Part shown: piece after piece, positions 55,219 to 63,483 of the stretch | Layout: each line of letters begins with the position of its first letter | How positions within the stretch are numbered: the stretch's first letter is position 1 | DNA from: Candidatus Hydrogenedentota bacterium | GTDB taxonomy: Bacteria; Hydrogenedentota; Hydrogenedentia; Hydrogenedentales; SLHB01 | DNA length: 64,000 nucleotides | NCBI GenBank assembly: GCA_029974275.1 | Contig: JARKSN010000276.1 | Location: 2,721-66,720, forward strand | Reading direction: 5' to 3' | The notes under the pieces: generated by a model | The model's input: the letters and a program-made list of their open reading frames with translations, nothing else | Database searches by the model: none | What the model was told of the DNA's origin: nothing | Translations under genes and position numbers: made by a program

Positions 55219-56136
55219 CTACGCACCCTTCTTCCCGCCACGCACGTGGGCGACAAAAATATCCTCCAGGGTTGCGGCGTTGTCTTCGACGATCTCGGCG
55301 TTCAGTTGCGTCACGGCTTGGCGGAACTCCTCGGTCTTGCCGTTGCAGATGGCGGTCCATTCGCGGCCGTCGCCCATCGGCGCGATATCGTCCCAAAGCA
55401 GTACGCCGGGCAGTTGGGGCGGTTCGTTGGCGGACGTCGCGAGGCGCACGGTGACGCGCCGGTGCTGGCGCTGCAACTCGTCGAGCGGCGCGCACAATAC
55501 GATGCGACCCTCGTGCACCATCGCGACGTGATCGACCATGCGTTCCACTTCATCGAGCAGGTGCGACGATAGCAGCACGGTGCGGCCTTCGTTCACGACG
55601 CCGCGAATGATCGTCGTCAGAATGTTGCGCCGCACCACCGGGTCAAGTCCCGACGACGGTTCGTCGAGCAGCAGCAATTCCGGCCTATACGCGAGCGCGA
55701 TCAGCAGCGCTGCCTGGGCGCGTTGACCACGGCTCAGGTTCTTCACGCGCGCGGTCGGGTCGAGTTTGAAGGCGTGAAGCAGTTCGGCGGCGTATGCGTC
55801 GTCCCACTTTGGATAGAATGCGCGCGTGTAGGCAATCAGCTCACTGACCCTCATCCAGCCCGGTATCTCGCGGTTTTCAGACAAATATCCGATGCGATTC
55901 CGCGTTTGTTCCGGCGCCTGGACGGGGTCGATGCCGACTGCGCGCACCGTGCCCGCGTCGGGCTTGAGCAGGCCGAGCAGGTGTTTAATGATCGTGGTCT
56001 TGCCTGCGCCGTTTTCGCCGACAAGTCCCATCACGATGCCCTTGGGCACGCGGAGGCTGACGCCGTCGAGCGCTTGCGTTTTCCCAAACTTTCGCGATAG
56101 GCCGTTGACTTCGATCGGGTGGACGGACTCACTCAT
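55219..56136 (-). CDS. ABC transporter ATP-binding protein (YtrB-like)
   Basis: AAGGAG lies 9 nt before ATG 56136. Walker A is GENGAGKTT, the signature is LSRGQRAQAALL and Walker B is LLLLDEPSSGLD. The start overlaps the GntR gene stop by 8 nt. Confidence 0.9.
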   Translation of the reverse strand: MSESVHPIEVNGLSRKFGKTQALDGVSLRVPKGIVMGLVGENGAGKTTIIKHLLGLLKPDAGTVRAVGIDPVQAPEQTRNRIGYLSENREIPGWMRVSELIAYTRAFYPKWDDAYAAELLHAFKLDPTARVKNLSRGQRAQAALLIALAYRPELLLLDEPSSGLDPVVRRNILTTIIRGVVNEGRTVLLSSHLLDEVERMVDHVAMVHEGRIVLCAPLDELQRQHRRVTVRLATSANEPPQLPGVLLWDDIAPMGDGREWTAICNGKTEEFRQAVTQLNAEIVEDNAATLEDIFVAHVRGGKKGA

Positions 56137-56533
56137 GGTTCGTGTCTCCTTGGCCCATGCCCAGGGCCTTCGCGCGGTCCCGCACCGCATCCAACGCTTG
56201 CTCCAACCCAAACCCTAACTGCCGCGCCGCAACCAGCAGCGCGTCCGCATGTTCTGACAGGATTCGCACGCGTTCGCGCCGGGCCAATGGCGATCCGCGT
56301 TCCGACACGTAGGTCCCCGCGCCGCGCCGCGTCGTCAACAGCCCTTCGCCTTCCAGATCGCGGTAAGCCCGCGCGACGGTATTGGGGTTGATGACGAGTT
56401 GCTCCGCGAGCACCCGGATCGGGAGGACCTCGTCGCCCGGTCTCAAGCTGCCCGACGCGATGAGGTACTTGATCTGGCTGATGAGCTGCAGATAAAGCGG
56501 CATGCCGTTTTGTGGAGATATTCGCAGTCGCAT
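56129..56533 (-). CDS. GntR-family transcriptional regulator, YtrA subfamily
   Basis: The winged-HTH region is PLYLQLISQIKYLIASGSLRPGDEVLPIRVLAEQLVINPNTVARAYRDLEGEGLLTTRRGAGTYV, followed by a short C-terminal domain (134 aa total). It heads an ABC operon. Confidence 0.9.
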   Translation of the reverse strand: MRLRISPQNGMPLYLQLISQIKYLIASGSLRPGDEVLPIRVLAEQLVINPNTVARAYRDLEGEGLLTTRRGAGTYVSERGSPLARRERVRILSEHADALLVAARQLGFGLEQALDAVRDRAKALGMGQGDTNHE

Positions 56534-56554
56534 ACGCGCCTCCTTCGTTGAGAG

Positions 56555-56594
56555 TATTGTATTAACATTTTAATACAATTTGGGCCGCGTGTCA
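56555..56594 (-). promoter_or_regulatory. sigma70-type promoter (TTGACA-17-TAAAAT) overlapped by a perfect 10-4-10 palindromic operator
   Basis: On the minus strand, TTGACA is at 56594..56589, a 17-nt spacer follows, and TAAAAT is at 56571..56566. ATTGTATTAA-CATT-TTAATACAAT (56555..56578) overlaps the -10 element. GAAGGAGG precedes ATG 56533. Confidence 0.7.
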
Positions 56595-56681
56595 AGCGGC
56601 CTTTGGAAAGGTCGCCTTCTCCAGCGATCCGGGTCGCGTGAACCGCTGAGGCCGGGGCGTTGGAAGTTCCTCGGGGCGCGG

Positions 56682-57383
56682 TCAGACGATCGCCAGGAAG
56701 ACGATGAGTTCGAGTTCGATGATGAGGTGCGCCGTAAAAGGCAGGAGAGCGTTGCGGCGGGCGATGGCCCAAGGGGTCAGCGCCAAGCTGAATGCCAACA
56801 TGGCGAGCGTCTCGGGCCAGGGCTTTTGGAGGTGGTAGATGGTTTCGCTGACGGGAATGATCAGCCAACCCCAACGCGGCAAAACGGCCAATGCGCGTCG
56901 CGCCATCCAATAGCGATGCATGAATTCCCAGCCTGCAAGCCAGGAGAGAGTCCACAACAATGTCGAACCTGCCAGGAGCAGGCGATCGCTCAAGGGGAAC
57001 TGGCCCCAACTCGGATAGATGGCGCGCAGGCCGGGCGTCACGGCTACAACCATCATCGCGGCGATGCCGCCGACCAGCGCCACGCCCAACACGATGAAGT
57101 CGACGCGTCGCCAACCGTGGAACGTGAACCACGACCGGTCGAGATCTCTCGCGCAAAAAAGAAGCGGCAGGAGAAACCAGGCAATGAACTTAAAGAGGTC
57201 GAACCTGCCAATGTGCCACCGAAACGCCTGCCATTCGACGAGAAAATGCACGTGCCAAGCGGCCAGCGTGTCGATCGCCAATACAACCGCTACGTAGACC
57301 GCGGCGAACATGAAGGATGCAAGGGGGGCATGGATCGTCTTGGCGATCGCTGCGCCGGCGGGCTCTGGGGGGAGGTCGTTCAT
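56682..57383 (-). CDS. polytopic membrane protein, possibly a CPBP/Abi-like intramembrane protease
   Basis: There are about 7 TM helices. WEFMHRYW (E-x3-R) and FTAHLIIE are weak matches to CPBP motifs. ATG 57383 lies 5 nt after the nth stop. Confidence 0.55.
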   Translation of the reverse strand: MNDLPPEPAGAAIAKTIHAPLASFMFAAVYVAVVLAIDTLAAWHVHFLVEWQAFRWHIGRFDLFKFIAWFLLPLLFCARDLDRSWFTFHGWRRVDFIVLGVALVGGIAAMMVVAVTPGLRAIYPSWGQFPLSDRLLLAGSTLLWTLSWLAGWEFMHRYWMARRALAVLPRWGWLIIPVSETIYHLQKPWPETLAMLAFSLALTPWAIARRNALLPFTAHLIIELELIVFLAIV

Positions 57384-57388
57384 GCGCT

Positions 57389-58066
57389 TCACTTCCCGAT
57401 TCTCTTGCCTTCTTTTGTCTCGGGAAAGGGGCACAACTCACGCACGGGACACTGCGAACATTGGGGGGCGCGCGCGGTGCACAGGTCGCGTCCGTGAAAA
57501 ACGGTCAGATGCGACCATAGACTCCATTTCTCTTGCGGCCATATCTTCATCAGGTCTAGCTCAATCTTTTTCGGGTCTTTGCTTTTTGTAAATCCGAGCC
57601 GTCGCGTGATGCGCATGCAATGCGTATCCACTACGACTCCCGGCGTGTTGAAACAGGCGCCGAGGAGAACGTTGGCTGTCTTGCGGCCCACGCCGTCGAG
57701 CTGCAGCAGTTCGTCCATGGTCTGCGGGACTTTGCCGCCGAATCTCTCGAGGATAGTCGCGCAGGCGCCGCGGATGTTTTTCGCTTTCATCCGGTAGAAT
57801 CCACAACGACGAATAACCTCTTCGAGCGCGCCTTCCGGCGCGCGGACATAGTCCTCCGGCGTGAGGTATTTGCGGAATAACGCGGGCGTGACTTGGTTCA
57901 CGCGCGCGTCGGTGCACTGCGCGGCGAGGATTGTCGCGACAAGCAGTTGAAGCGGATCGCGATGGTCCAACGAGCATTGCGCGCCGGGATAGCGCGCCAC
58001 GAGTCGCATGAAGACCTCGGCGGCGCGCGTTTGGGCCGCCGTCAAGGCCGGCGGAGTTTTTGCCAT
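57389..58066 (-). CDS. nth: endonuclease III
   Basis: LLVATILAAQCTDARVN, the HhH-GPD segment LLQLDGVGRKTANVLLG, DTHCMRI, and the 4Fe-4S ligands CTARAPQCSQCPVRELC. AAGGA lies upstream of ATG 58066. Confidence 0.95.
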   Translation of the reverse strand: MAKTPPALTAAQTRAAEVFMRLVARYPGAQCSLDHRDPLQLLVATILAAQCTDARVNQVTPALFRKYLTPEDYVRAPEGALEEVIRRCGFYRMKAKNIRGACATILERFGGKVPQTMDELLQLDGVGRKTANVLLGACFNTPGVVVDTHCMRITRRLGFTKSKDPKKIELDLMKIWPQEKWSLWSHLTVFHGRDLCTARAPQCSQCPVRELCPFPETKEGKRIGK

Positions 58067-58191
58067 TTCATGCGTTCCTTTGTCGGAGGCCGATTTGGTG
58101 CAAGGGATTGCGCGCGCGCCGAGGGACATTGCGCCGCCTCGGACTTTTCAGGCGCGGCGCCAAGGCTCGATGTCTCCTTTTTGCGTGACGG

Positions 58192-58869
58192 TCACGCGCC
58201 GCCTTCGCGGACGACGTATTCAACGGCGCATTGGATAAGTTGGCTGGCGCTATCCAGGTTGAGTTTCTTTTTGATGCGTTCGCGGTAAGTGGCGACGGTT
58301 TTGAATCCGACGTTGAGCGCCTCGGCGATCTGGCGCGTTTCGGCTCCGCGGCCAATCATGCGGAACACTTCGAGTTCGCGGTCGCTCAGGGTTTCGACGA
58401 GGGCGACGGGATGGCTGCGTTGGGAGTCGGTGACGATGTTGAGGAGCCGCTCGGTCATTTTCTCGCTGACATACACGCCGCCGTCGAGAACGCGTCGGAT
58501 GGCATGCACCATTTTTTCGTCAGCTTCTTGTTTCATGATGTAGCCGCGGGCGCCTGCGTGAAGAGCGCGTTCGGCGTAGAGGATTTCGTCGTGCATGGAT
58601 ACGACCAGCATGGATAGGGTGGGAAATTGCCCCCGGAGTTGTTTGATGAGGTCGATGCCGCTCGAAGTTTTGAGGGTGATGTCGATGATGGCTAGGTCCG
58701 GGCTGGCAGCTGCAATCACGTCGATCGCTTGGGGGGCGTCTTCGGCCTCGCCGCAGACTTCCATGTCGGGCTCGTCTTCGATGAGATAGATGAACCCCCG
58801 CCGGACAATCGAGTGATCGTCCACCACGACAATGCGTTTTTTCTTGTTCTGGGCATCTTGTGTCGTCAC
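58192..58869 (-). CDS. NarL/FixJ-family response regulator (REC + LuxR-type HTH)
   Basis: IVVVDDHSIVRRG, DLAIIDITL (phospho-Asp) and LSDRELEVFRMIGRGAETRQIAEALNVGFKTVATYRERI. The GTG start at 58869 overlaps the kinase stop (GTGA). Confidence 0.9.
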   Translation of the reverse strand: MTTQDAQNKKKRIVVVDDHSIVRRGFIYLIEDEPDMEVCGEAEDAPQAIDVIAAASPDLAIIDITLKTSSGIDLIKQLRGQFPTLSMLVVSMHDEILYAERALHAGARGYIMKQEADEKMVHAIRRVLDGGVYVSEKMTERLLNIVTDSQRSHPVALVETLSDRELEVFRMIGRGAETRQIAEALNVGFKTVATYRERIKKKLNLDSASQLIQCAVEYVVREGGA

Positions 58870-60458
58870 GGTCTTTCGCTGTCCTTTGATTCGGAGTCCC
58901 TGTCTGATTTGGCGCTGGGCCACACGCACACCACCGCGGCGCCGCCTTCCGCTCCCGCTCGGAACTTGATTGCTCCGTTGATGATACGAGCGCGGTGTTT
59001 CATGATGCCGAGTCCCAATCCTTTGGCGCGTTCGGATCCGGCCTGCATGCCGACGCCGTTGTCTTCGACGGTCAATACCAGGCGGCCGGCTTCCGTCGCG
59101 AGGCTGACCTTGATGCGGGTCGGATCAGCGTGCTTCACGGCGTTGGTCACCGCTTCCTGCGCGATGCGGTAGAGATGCTCGGCCACCGCGTCCTCGGTAA
59201 TGACGACGTCAGTATCATACGCAAATGAACATGGGATGCCAAACAATTCTTGGGTGCTGTCGGCCAATTCCTTCAGGGCGGTTTGGAGGCCCATGGCCTC
59301 GAGGGCGACGGGGCGCAGCCCTTTGGCCAGGGAACGGGTCTTGACGATCGATTCCTTGAGCATGCGCGTCATTTCTTCCGCTTCTTGGGCGAAACGGGAG
59401 TTTTCGGCCCCAAGCTTTTTGGCCATCCCGCGCGCAAAACACAGCATTCCGGTCAATTCCTGGCCGAGGCCATCGTGCAGATCCCGGGCGATGCGCCGTT
59501 GTTCGCGGGCGCTGGCCTCGAGCATTTCGCGTTCCAGTTTGCGGCGCGCGGTGAGGTCGCGCAGGATCACAAGCGCTTCGTTGTGCTTTCCGGGAATAAC
59601 CCTCACTTCGACGTCCAGAAGGTCGGACGCCATCTTGGCTTGGTACTCAAAGAGCTGCGGTCCGCGGCGTTCCAGGGCATACGCCACGCCGCGCAGCAGA
59701 TCAGGGTCGTCTTCAAAAGGTTGTCTACGAAAGGAATTGCGACGTATTTCCGAGGGGGTTCCGGAGCGGGAAAGCCTGTTTTTTTTGAGGGGATAACGGC
59801 TTAGCGCGCCGTTTTTGTGCATCAGCAGAACAAGGTCGGGGATGGCTCCGAGCAGGGCGCTTTGCCGGTTTTCGGCCTGTCGCAGAGCCTCCTCGGTGGT
59901 TTGGCGTTCGTGTGCCTCGCGAACAAGCTGCGTCAGCTCTCTGTCGGTTTGGGACTGTGTCCGTCGCAATTCCGCCAACGACCAGATCGCCGCGGTGGCG
60001 GCGAAAAGCCAACTGCTCGCCAGCAACGCATACGCGAGAAACGAAATGGAATGGCCCGTCGCCGCTTCATGCACGCTTAGGGAAGCCAATGCCGCGACGC
60101 AGCATAATCCGGCGGAAGCGGCGAAGCATAGGGCGGCGCGGCGCGGCGTCAAATGCCGCAACGATAGATATCCGAGGGCTGTTCCGCACGCGATGGCGAG
60201 ACAGGCGATGAGGCTGAGGAGAATCGGCGGCAGGGAGAGGGAAAATTGGGCTGTGGCGGATATCGCTGCCACGACTCCAATCAGAACGAGGAATGACGCA
60301 GGACGCGGAGCGCTTGAATTCAGAACGCGCGCGTCGGGATCGTGTGGCATGCACGGGGTTGGGGTTGGGGTTGGTCTGGCATGGGGCGCGTCGGTCGGAA
60401 GCGTCATGCTGTGGCATTCGCGGGAATCTGTCGCGTGCGCCGGCGTTTCTGAGGACAT
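58866..60458 (-). CDS. membrane-bound sensor histidine kinase (HisKA_3 + HATPase_c)
   Basis: About 5 N-terminal TM helices are followed by a PAS-like segment. RDLHDGLGQELTG is the H-box. TVEDNGVGM and GLGLGIMKHRA are present. The catalytic core is a paralogue of 29552..31342. Confidence 0.9.
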   Translation of the reverse strand: MSSETPAHATDSRECHSMTLPTDAPHARPTPTPTPCMPHDPDARVLNSSAPRPASFLVLIGVVAAISATAQFSLSLPPILLSLIACLAIACGTALGYLSLRHLTPRRAALCFAASAGLCCVAALASLSVHEAATGHSISFLAYALLASSWLFAATAAIWSLAELRRTQSQTDRELTQLVREAHERQTTEEALRQAENRQSALLGAIPDLVLLMHKNGALSRYPLKKNRLSRSGTPSEIRRNSFRRQPFEDDPDLLRGVAYALERRGPQLFEYQAKMASDLLDVEVRVIPGKHNEALVILRDLTARRKLEREMLEASAREQRRIARDLHDGLGQELTGMLCFARGMAKKLGAENSRFAQEAEEMTRMLKESIVKTRSLAKGLRPVALEAMGLQTALKELADSTQELFGIPCSFAYDTDVVITEDAVAEHLYRIAQEAVTNAVKHADPTRIKVSLATEAGRLVLTVEDNGVGMQAGSERAKGLGLGIMKHRARIINGAIKFRAGAEGGAAVVCVWPSAKSDRDSESKDSERP

Positions 60459-60571
60459 GGTTCTCCACTTGCTCCGACGTCATGGCATCAGTATTAAAGG
60501 GCAAGTATACCGGAGATATCGTCGAAAAAAAACGCGCGCGGGCCAAATTCCGGGAATGGCGGCACGACCGA

Positions 60572-60610
60572 AATCAGCGCCGCCGCGGGGACGGCGCGGC
60601 GCTGATTTTT
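60572..60610 (-). terminator. 12-bp perfect hairpin spanning the lon stop codon (possible bidirectional terminator)
   Basis: AATCAGCGCCGC (60572..60583) is the exact reverse complement of GCGGCGCTGATT (60596..60607). On the + strand the stem runs into TTTTT. On the - strand it is followed only by TTTCGG. The stem encodes the non-conserved Lon C-terminal tail. Confidence 0.4.
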
Positions 60611-62964
60611 CGCCGGAGTCCCAGGGCGATGTCGAGCGCTTCTTCCATGCGACGCACGAAACGGAACGTCAGCTTGTTTTTGGCGGAAGCGGGGACGTCG
60701 TCGAGATCGCGTTCGCATTGCTGCGGCAAGATTACGGTGCGGATGCCGGCGCGCGCCGCCGCAAGCACTTTTTCTTTGATGCCGCCGACGGGCAACACGA
60801 GCCCGCGCAACGTGATTTCGCCGGTCATGGCCACTCGCGGCTTCACTTTTTTTCCCGTCAGGAGGGAGGTGACGGCAGCGAGGATCGCCACGCCCGCACT
60901 GGGGCCATCTTTGGGGACGGCGCCTGCCGGAACGTGGATGTGGATATCGAACGTTGAGAAATCTTCGTCCGGGATGCCCAAAAGACGTGCGTTGGCGCGA
61001 ACATAGCTCATAACGGCTTGGGCCGATTCCTTCATGACATCCCCCAGTTGTCCGGTCAACATAAGACCGCCCTTGCCCGGTACGCGGGTGGCCTCGATGA
61101 AGAGGATATCGCCGCCCGTCACGGTCCAGGCCAATCCCGTGGCGACGCCGGGCACGCTTGCGCGTTCGGCCGCTTCATGGAATACGCGTTCGCGCCCCAG
61201 ATAGACGGAGAGGTTTTCAGGCGTGATGATGACGGCCGTCTTCTGTCCGTCGGCGAAGAGACGGGCGCATCCGCGGCATACGTTCGCGATCTCGCGGTCG
61301 AGATTGCGAACGCCTGCTTCCTGGGTGTAGGAGGAGATGATTTTTCGCACGGCTGCTTGCGCGATTTTCAGATTTCTGGAAGGAATGCCGTGGGCGTGAA
61401 TTTGCTTGGGAATGAGGTATTTCCTGGCGATATGGAGTTTTTCCTCGGCGGTATAGCCAGGAATTTCGATGATTTCCATGCGATCGCGCAAGGCCCAGGG
61501 AATCGTGTCGAGCATGTTGGCGGTGGCGATGAACATTGTGCGCGATAGGTCGAATGGGACGTTCAAGTAGAGATCCGCAAACACGTGGTTCTGCGCCGGA
61601 TCGAGCACTTCGAGGAGGGCGGACGACGGGTCGCCGCGAAAATCCGATCCGACTTTGTCGATTTCATCCAGCATGAAGACGGGGTTGTTCGATCGCGCTT
61701 TGCGGATGTGCTGCATGATGCGTCCCGGGAGCGCGCCGACGTAGGTCTTGCGATGACCGCGGATCTCGGCTTCATCGCGCATGCCCCCCAACGACATGTG
61801 CGCGAAGTTGCGTCCTAACGCCCGGGCGATGGACTGCCCCAGGGAAGTTTTGCCGACGCCGGGCGGGCCGACGAAGCAGAGAATGGGGCCGGTGGCGTCC
61901 GGCTTGAGTTTGCGCACGGCCAGGTATTCGAGGATGCGTCGCTTCACCTTGTCCAGGCCGTAGTGGTCTTCGTTGAGGATGGTCTCGGCGCGCGCGATGT
62001 CGAGTCGATCTTCCGTGGAAACATTCCAGGGCAGGTCCACGATCCAGTCGAGGTAGGTCGTAATGACATGGTATTCGGCGCTGCTTTCGTTCATTTGTTC
62101 GAGGCGATCGGCTTCGCGCAAGACTTCTCGCTTGACGTCTTCTTTTAGGGCAAGCGCTTCGATTTTCTCCCGGTAGCGCTTCGCCTCGGTCGGTCCTGGA
62201 TCGCCTTCGCCGAGTTCGCGCTGAATGGCCTTCAATTGCTGTCGCAAGAAGAACTCGCGCTGGCCTTTGTCGATGGCGCTTTTGACGTCGTTCTGGATTT
62301 TGTCAGACAGTTCCATCAGTTCGACTTCGCGCGCGAGGATATAGGTCAAGCGTTCCAGACGGCGTTTGCGATCGACTTCCGATAGAATGCGCTGCTTTTC
62401 GGGTATGGAGATGTTGAGGTTGCTCGCCACCAAGTCCGCCAGGAACCCAGGGTCCTCAATGTTGTCGATAACGGCTTGGGCGGCGTCGGGAATGCTGGGC
62501 GCGAGCGCAATCAGGCGCGACATTTGGTTCTTGACCGTTGTGGCGAGCGGGGCAATCGCGTCGGGATCGCCGGGTGTGTCCTCAAGGGGCTTCACCTGAA
62601 CGATCCGGTAAGGTTCGCGCTGGATCAGCTTTTCGACGTGGCAGCGTTTGAGCGCCTGGATCAGGACGTTCGCGGAGTCGTCTGGCTGCCGTTGGAATTG
62701 CAGGATGCGCCCGATGACGCCGATTTCGAAGGCATTATCGAGGCCGTTGTTGTCGATCCGCGGGTCTCGCAGGGTCAGCAGGACGACGAATTTGTGTCCC
62801 ATGACCGTTTCCTCGAGGAGGGTGACTTCCGTGGCGTTGCTTACGCTCATTGGCATCATGGCCATAGGGAAAACGACTTGATTCGGCATCGTCAACAGGG
62901 GCAGGGCGGCAGGAAATTCAGCCGCCGGAGCAAGCGTGGCGTTGTCGGAATTGGATAGCGTCAT
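60574..62964 (-). CDS. lon: ATP-dependent Lon protease (LonA)
   Basis: The LON N-domain starts LPLLTMPNQVVFPMAMMPMSV. Walker A is GPPGVGKTSLGQSIA and Walker B is VFMLDEIDK. PKDGPSAGVA carries the catalytic Ser, and GGIKEKVLAA the Lys. ATG 62964 overlaps the hsp20 stop (ATGA). The longer listed ORF N-terminus is Arg/Pro-rich and is rejected. Confidence 0.95.
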   Translation of the reverse strand: MTLSNSDNATLAPAAEFPAALPLLTMPNQVVFPMAMMPMSVSNATEVTLLEETVMGHKFVVLLTLRDPRIDNNGLDNAFEIGVIGRILQFQRQPDDSANVLIQALKRCHVEKLIQREPYRIVQVKPLEDTPGDPDAIAPLATTVKNQMSRLIALAPSIPDAAQAVIDNIEDPGFLADLVASNLNISIPEKQRILSEVDRKRRLERLTYILAREVELMELSDKIQNDVKSAIDKGQREFFLRQQLKAIQRELGEGDPGPTEAKRYREKIEALALKEDVKREVLREADRLEQMNESSAEYHVITTYLDWIVDLPWNVSTEDRLDIARAETILNEDHYGLDKVKRRILEYLAVRKLKPDATGPILCFVGPPGVGKTSLGQSIARALGRNFAHMSLGGMRDEAEIRGHRKTYVGALPGRIMQHIRKARSNNPVFMLDEIDKVGSDFRGDPSSALLEVLDPAQNHVFADLYLNVPFDLSRTMFIATANMLDTIPWALRDRMEIIEIPGYTAEEKLHIARKYLIPKQIHAHGIPSRNLKIAQAAVRKIISSYTQEAGVRNLDREIANVCRGCARLFADGQKTAVIITPENLSVYLGRERVFHEAAERASVPGVATGLAWTVTGGDILFIEATRVPGKGGLMLTGQLGDVMKESAQAVMSYVRANARLLGIPDEDFSTFDIHIHVPAGAVPKDGPSAGVAILAAVTSLLTGKKVKPRVAMTGEITLRGLVLPVGGIKEKVLAAARAGIRTVILPQQCERDLDDVPASAKNKLTFRFVRRMEEALDIALGLRRKISAAPSPRRR

Positions 62965-63347
62965 TTGGGCCCTGCCTTGGGAATGCGGACGTGCAGGTAG
63001 CCGTTTTCGTATTGCGCCTCGATGTGGTCGAGTGCGGCGCAGGGGGGCAGCTTGATAACGCGGGTGAAGTAGCCGTAGGGGATTTCGATCTGGTGGACGT
63101 GTCGGGTCAGTTCGGGTATGTTCTTGGGGCGACTGCCCGATATCTTCAGTATCCCGCATTCAACCTGCACGCCGATTTGCTCTTTATCCACGCCGGGAAG
63201 TTCCGCAACGATAATCAAGCATTCGTCGGTCTCGAAGATGTCCACGGGCGGCTGCCAGGTTGCGGCGTGGGGCGGGTCGAAGGAGGGACCATGGCTCAGG
63301 CCTCCCATGACTGAAAAAACTTGCGAGAAATAGTGCGAGTGAGGCAT
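62961..63347 (-). CDS. Hsp20/alpha-crystallin family small heat-shock protein
   Basis: WQPPVDIFETDECLIIVAELPGVDKEQIGVQVECGILKISGSR and ...YENGYLHVRIPK are the alpha-crystallin domain. AAGGAG precedes ATG 63347. Confidence 0.9.
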   Translation of the reverse strand: MPHSHYFSQVFSVMGGLSHGPSFDPPHAATWQPPVDIFETDECLIIVAELPGVDKEQIGVQVECGILKISGSRPKNIPELTRHVHQIEIPYGYFTRVIKLPPCAALDHIEAQYENGYLHVRIPKAGPK

Positions 63348-63393
63348 GCAATCTCCTTCGCGGCGCCCCCGCGAGGCGGCCATCGTTACGAGC

Positions 63394-63422
63394 AGTATAG
63401 AGCGGGATGGCGATTGAAGCAA
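63394..63422 (-). promoter_or_regulatory. candidate promoter of hsp20-lon (TTGCTT-17-TATACT)
   Basis: On the minus strand, TTGCTT is at 63422..63417, a 17-nt spacer follows, and TATACT is at 63399..63394. This is about 45 nt upstream of ATG 63347. It is sigma70-like rather than an obvious sigma32 or CIRCE element. Confidence 0.4.
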
Positions 63423-63442
63423 CCCCCTCTCCTTTCTATAAT
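63414..63442 (+). promoter_or_regulatory. candidate promoter of the GT2 gene (TTGAAG-17-TATAAT)
   Basis: TTGAAG is at 63414..63419, a 17-nt spacer follows, and TATAAT is at 63437..63442. Its -35 element overlaps the -35 of the divergent hsp20 promoter. Confidence 0.45.
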
Positions 63443-63483
63443 GCCCGTGCAAGCGTTGCATAGCGCACTGCGGAGGAGAGGAC

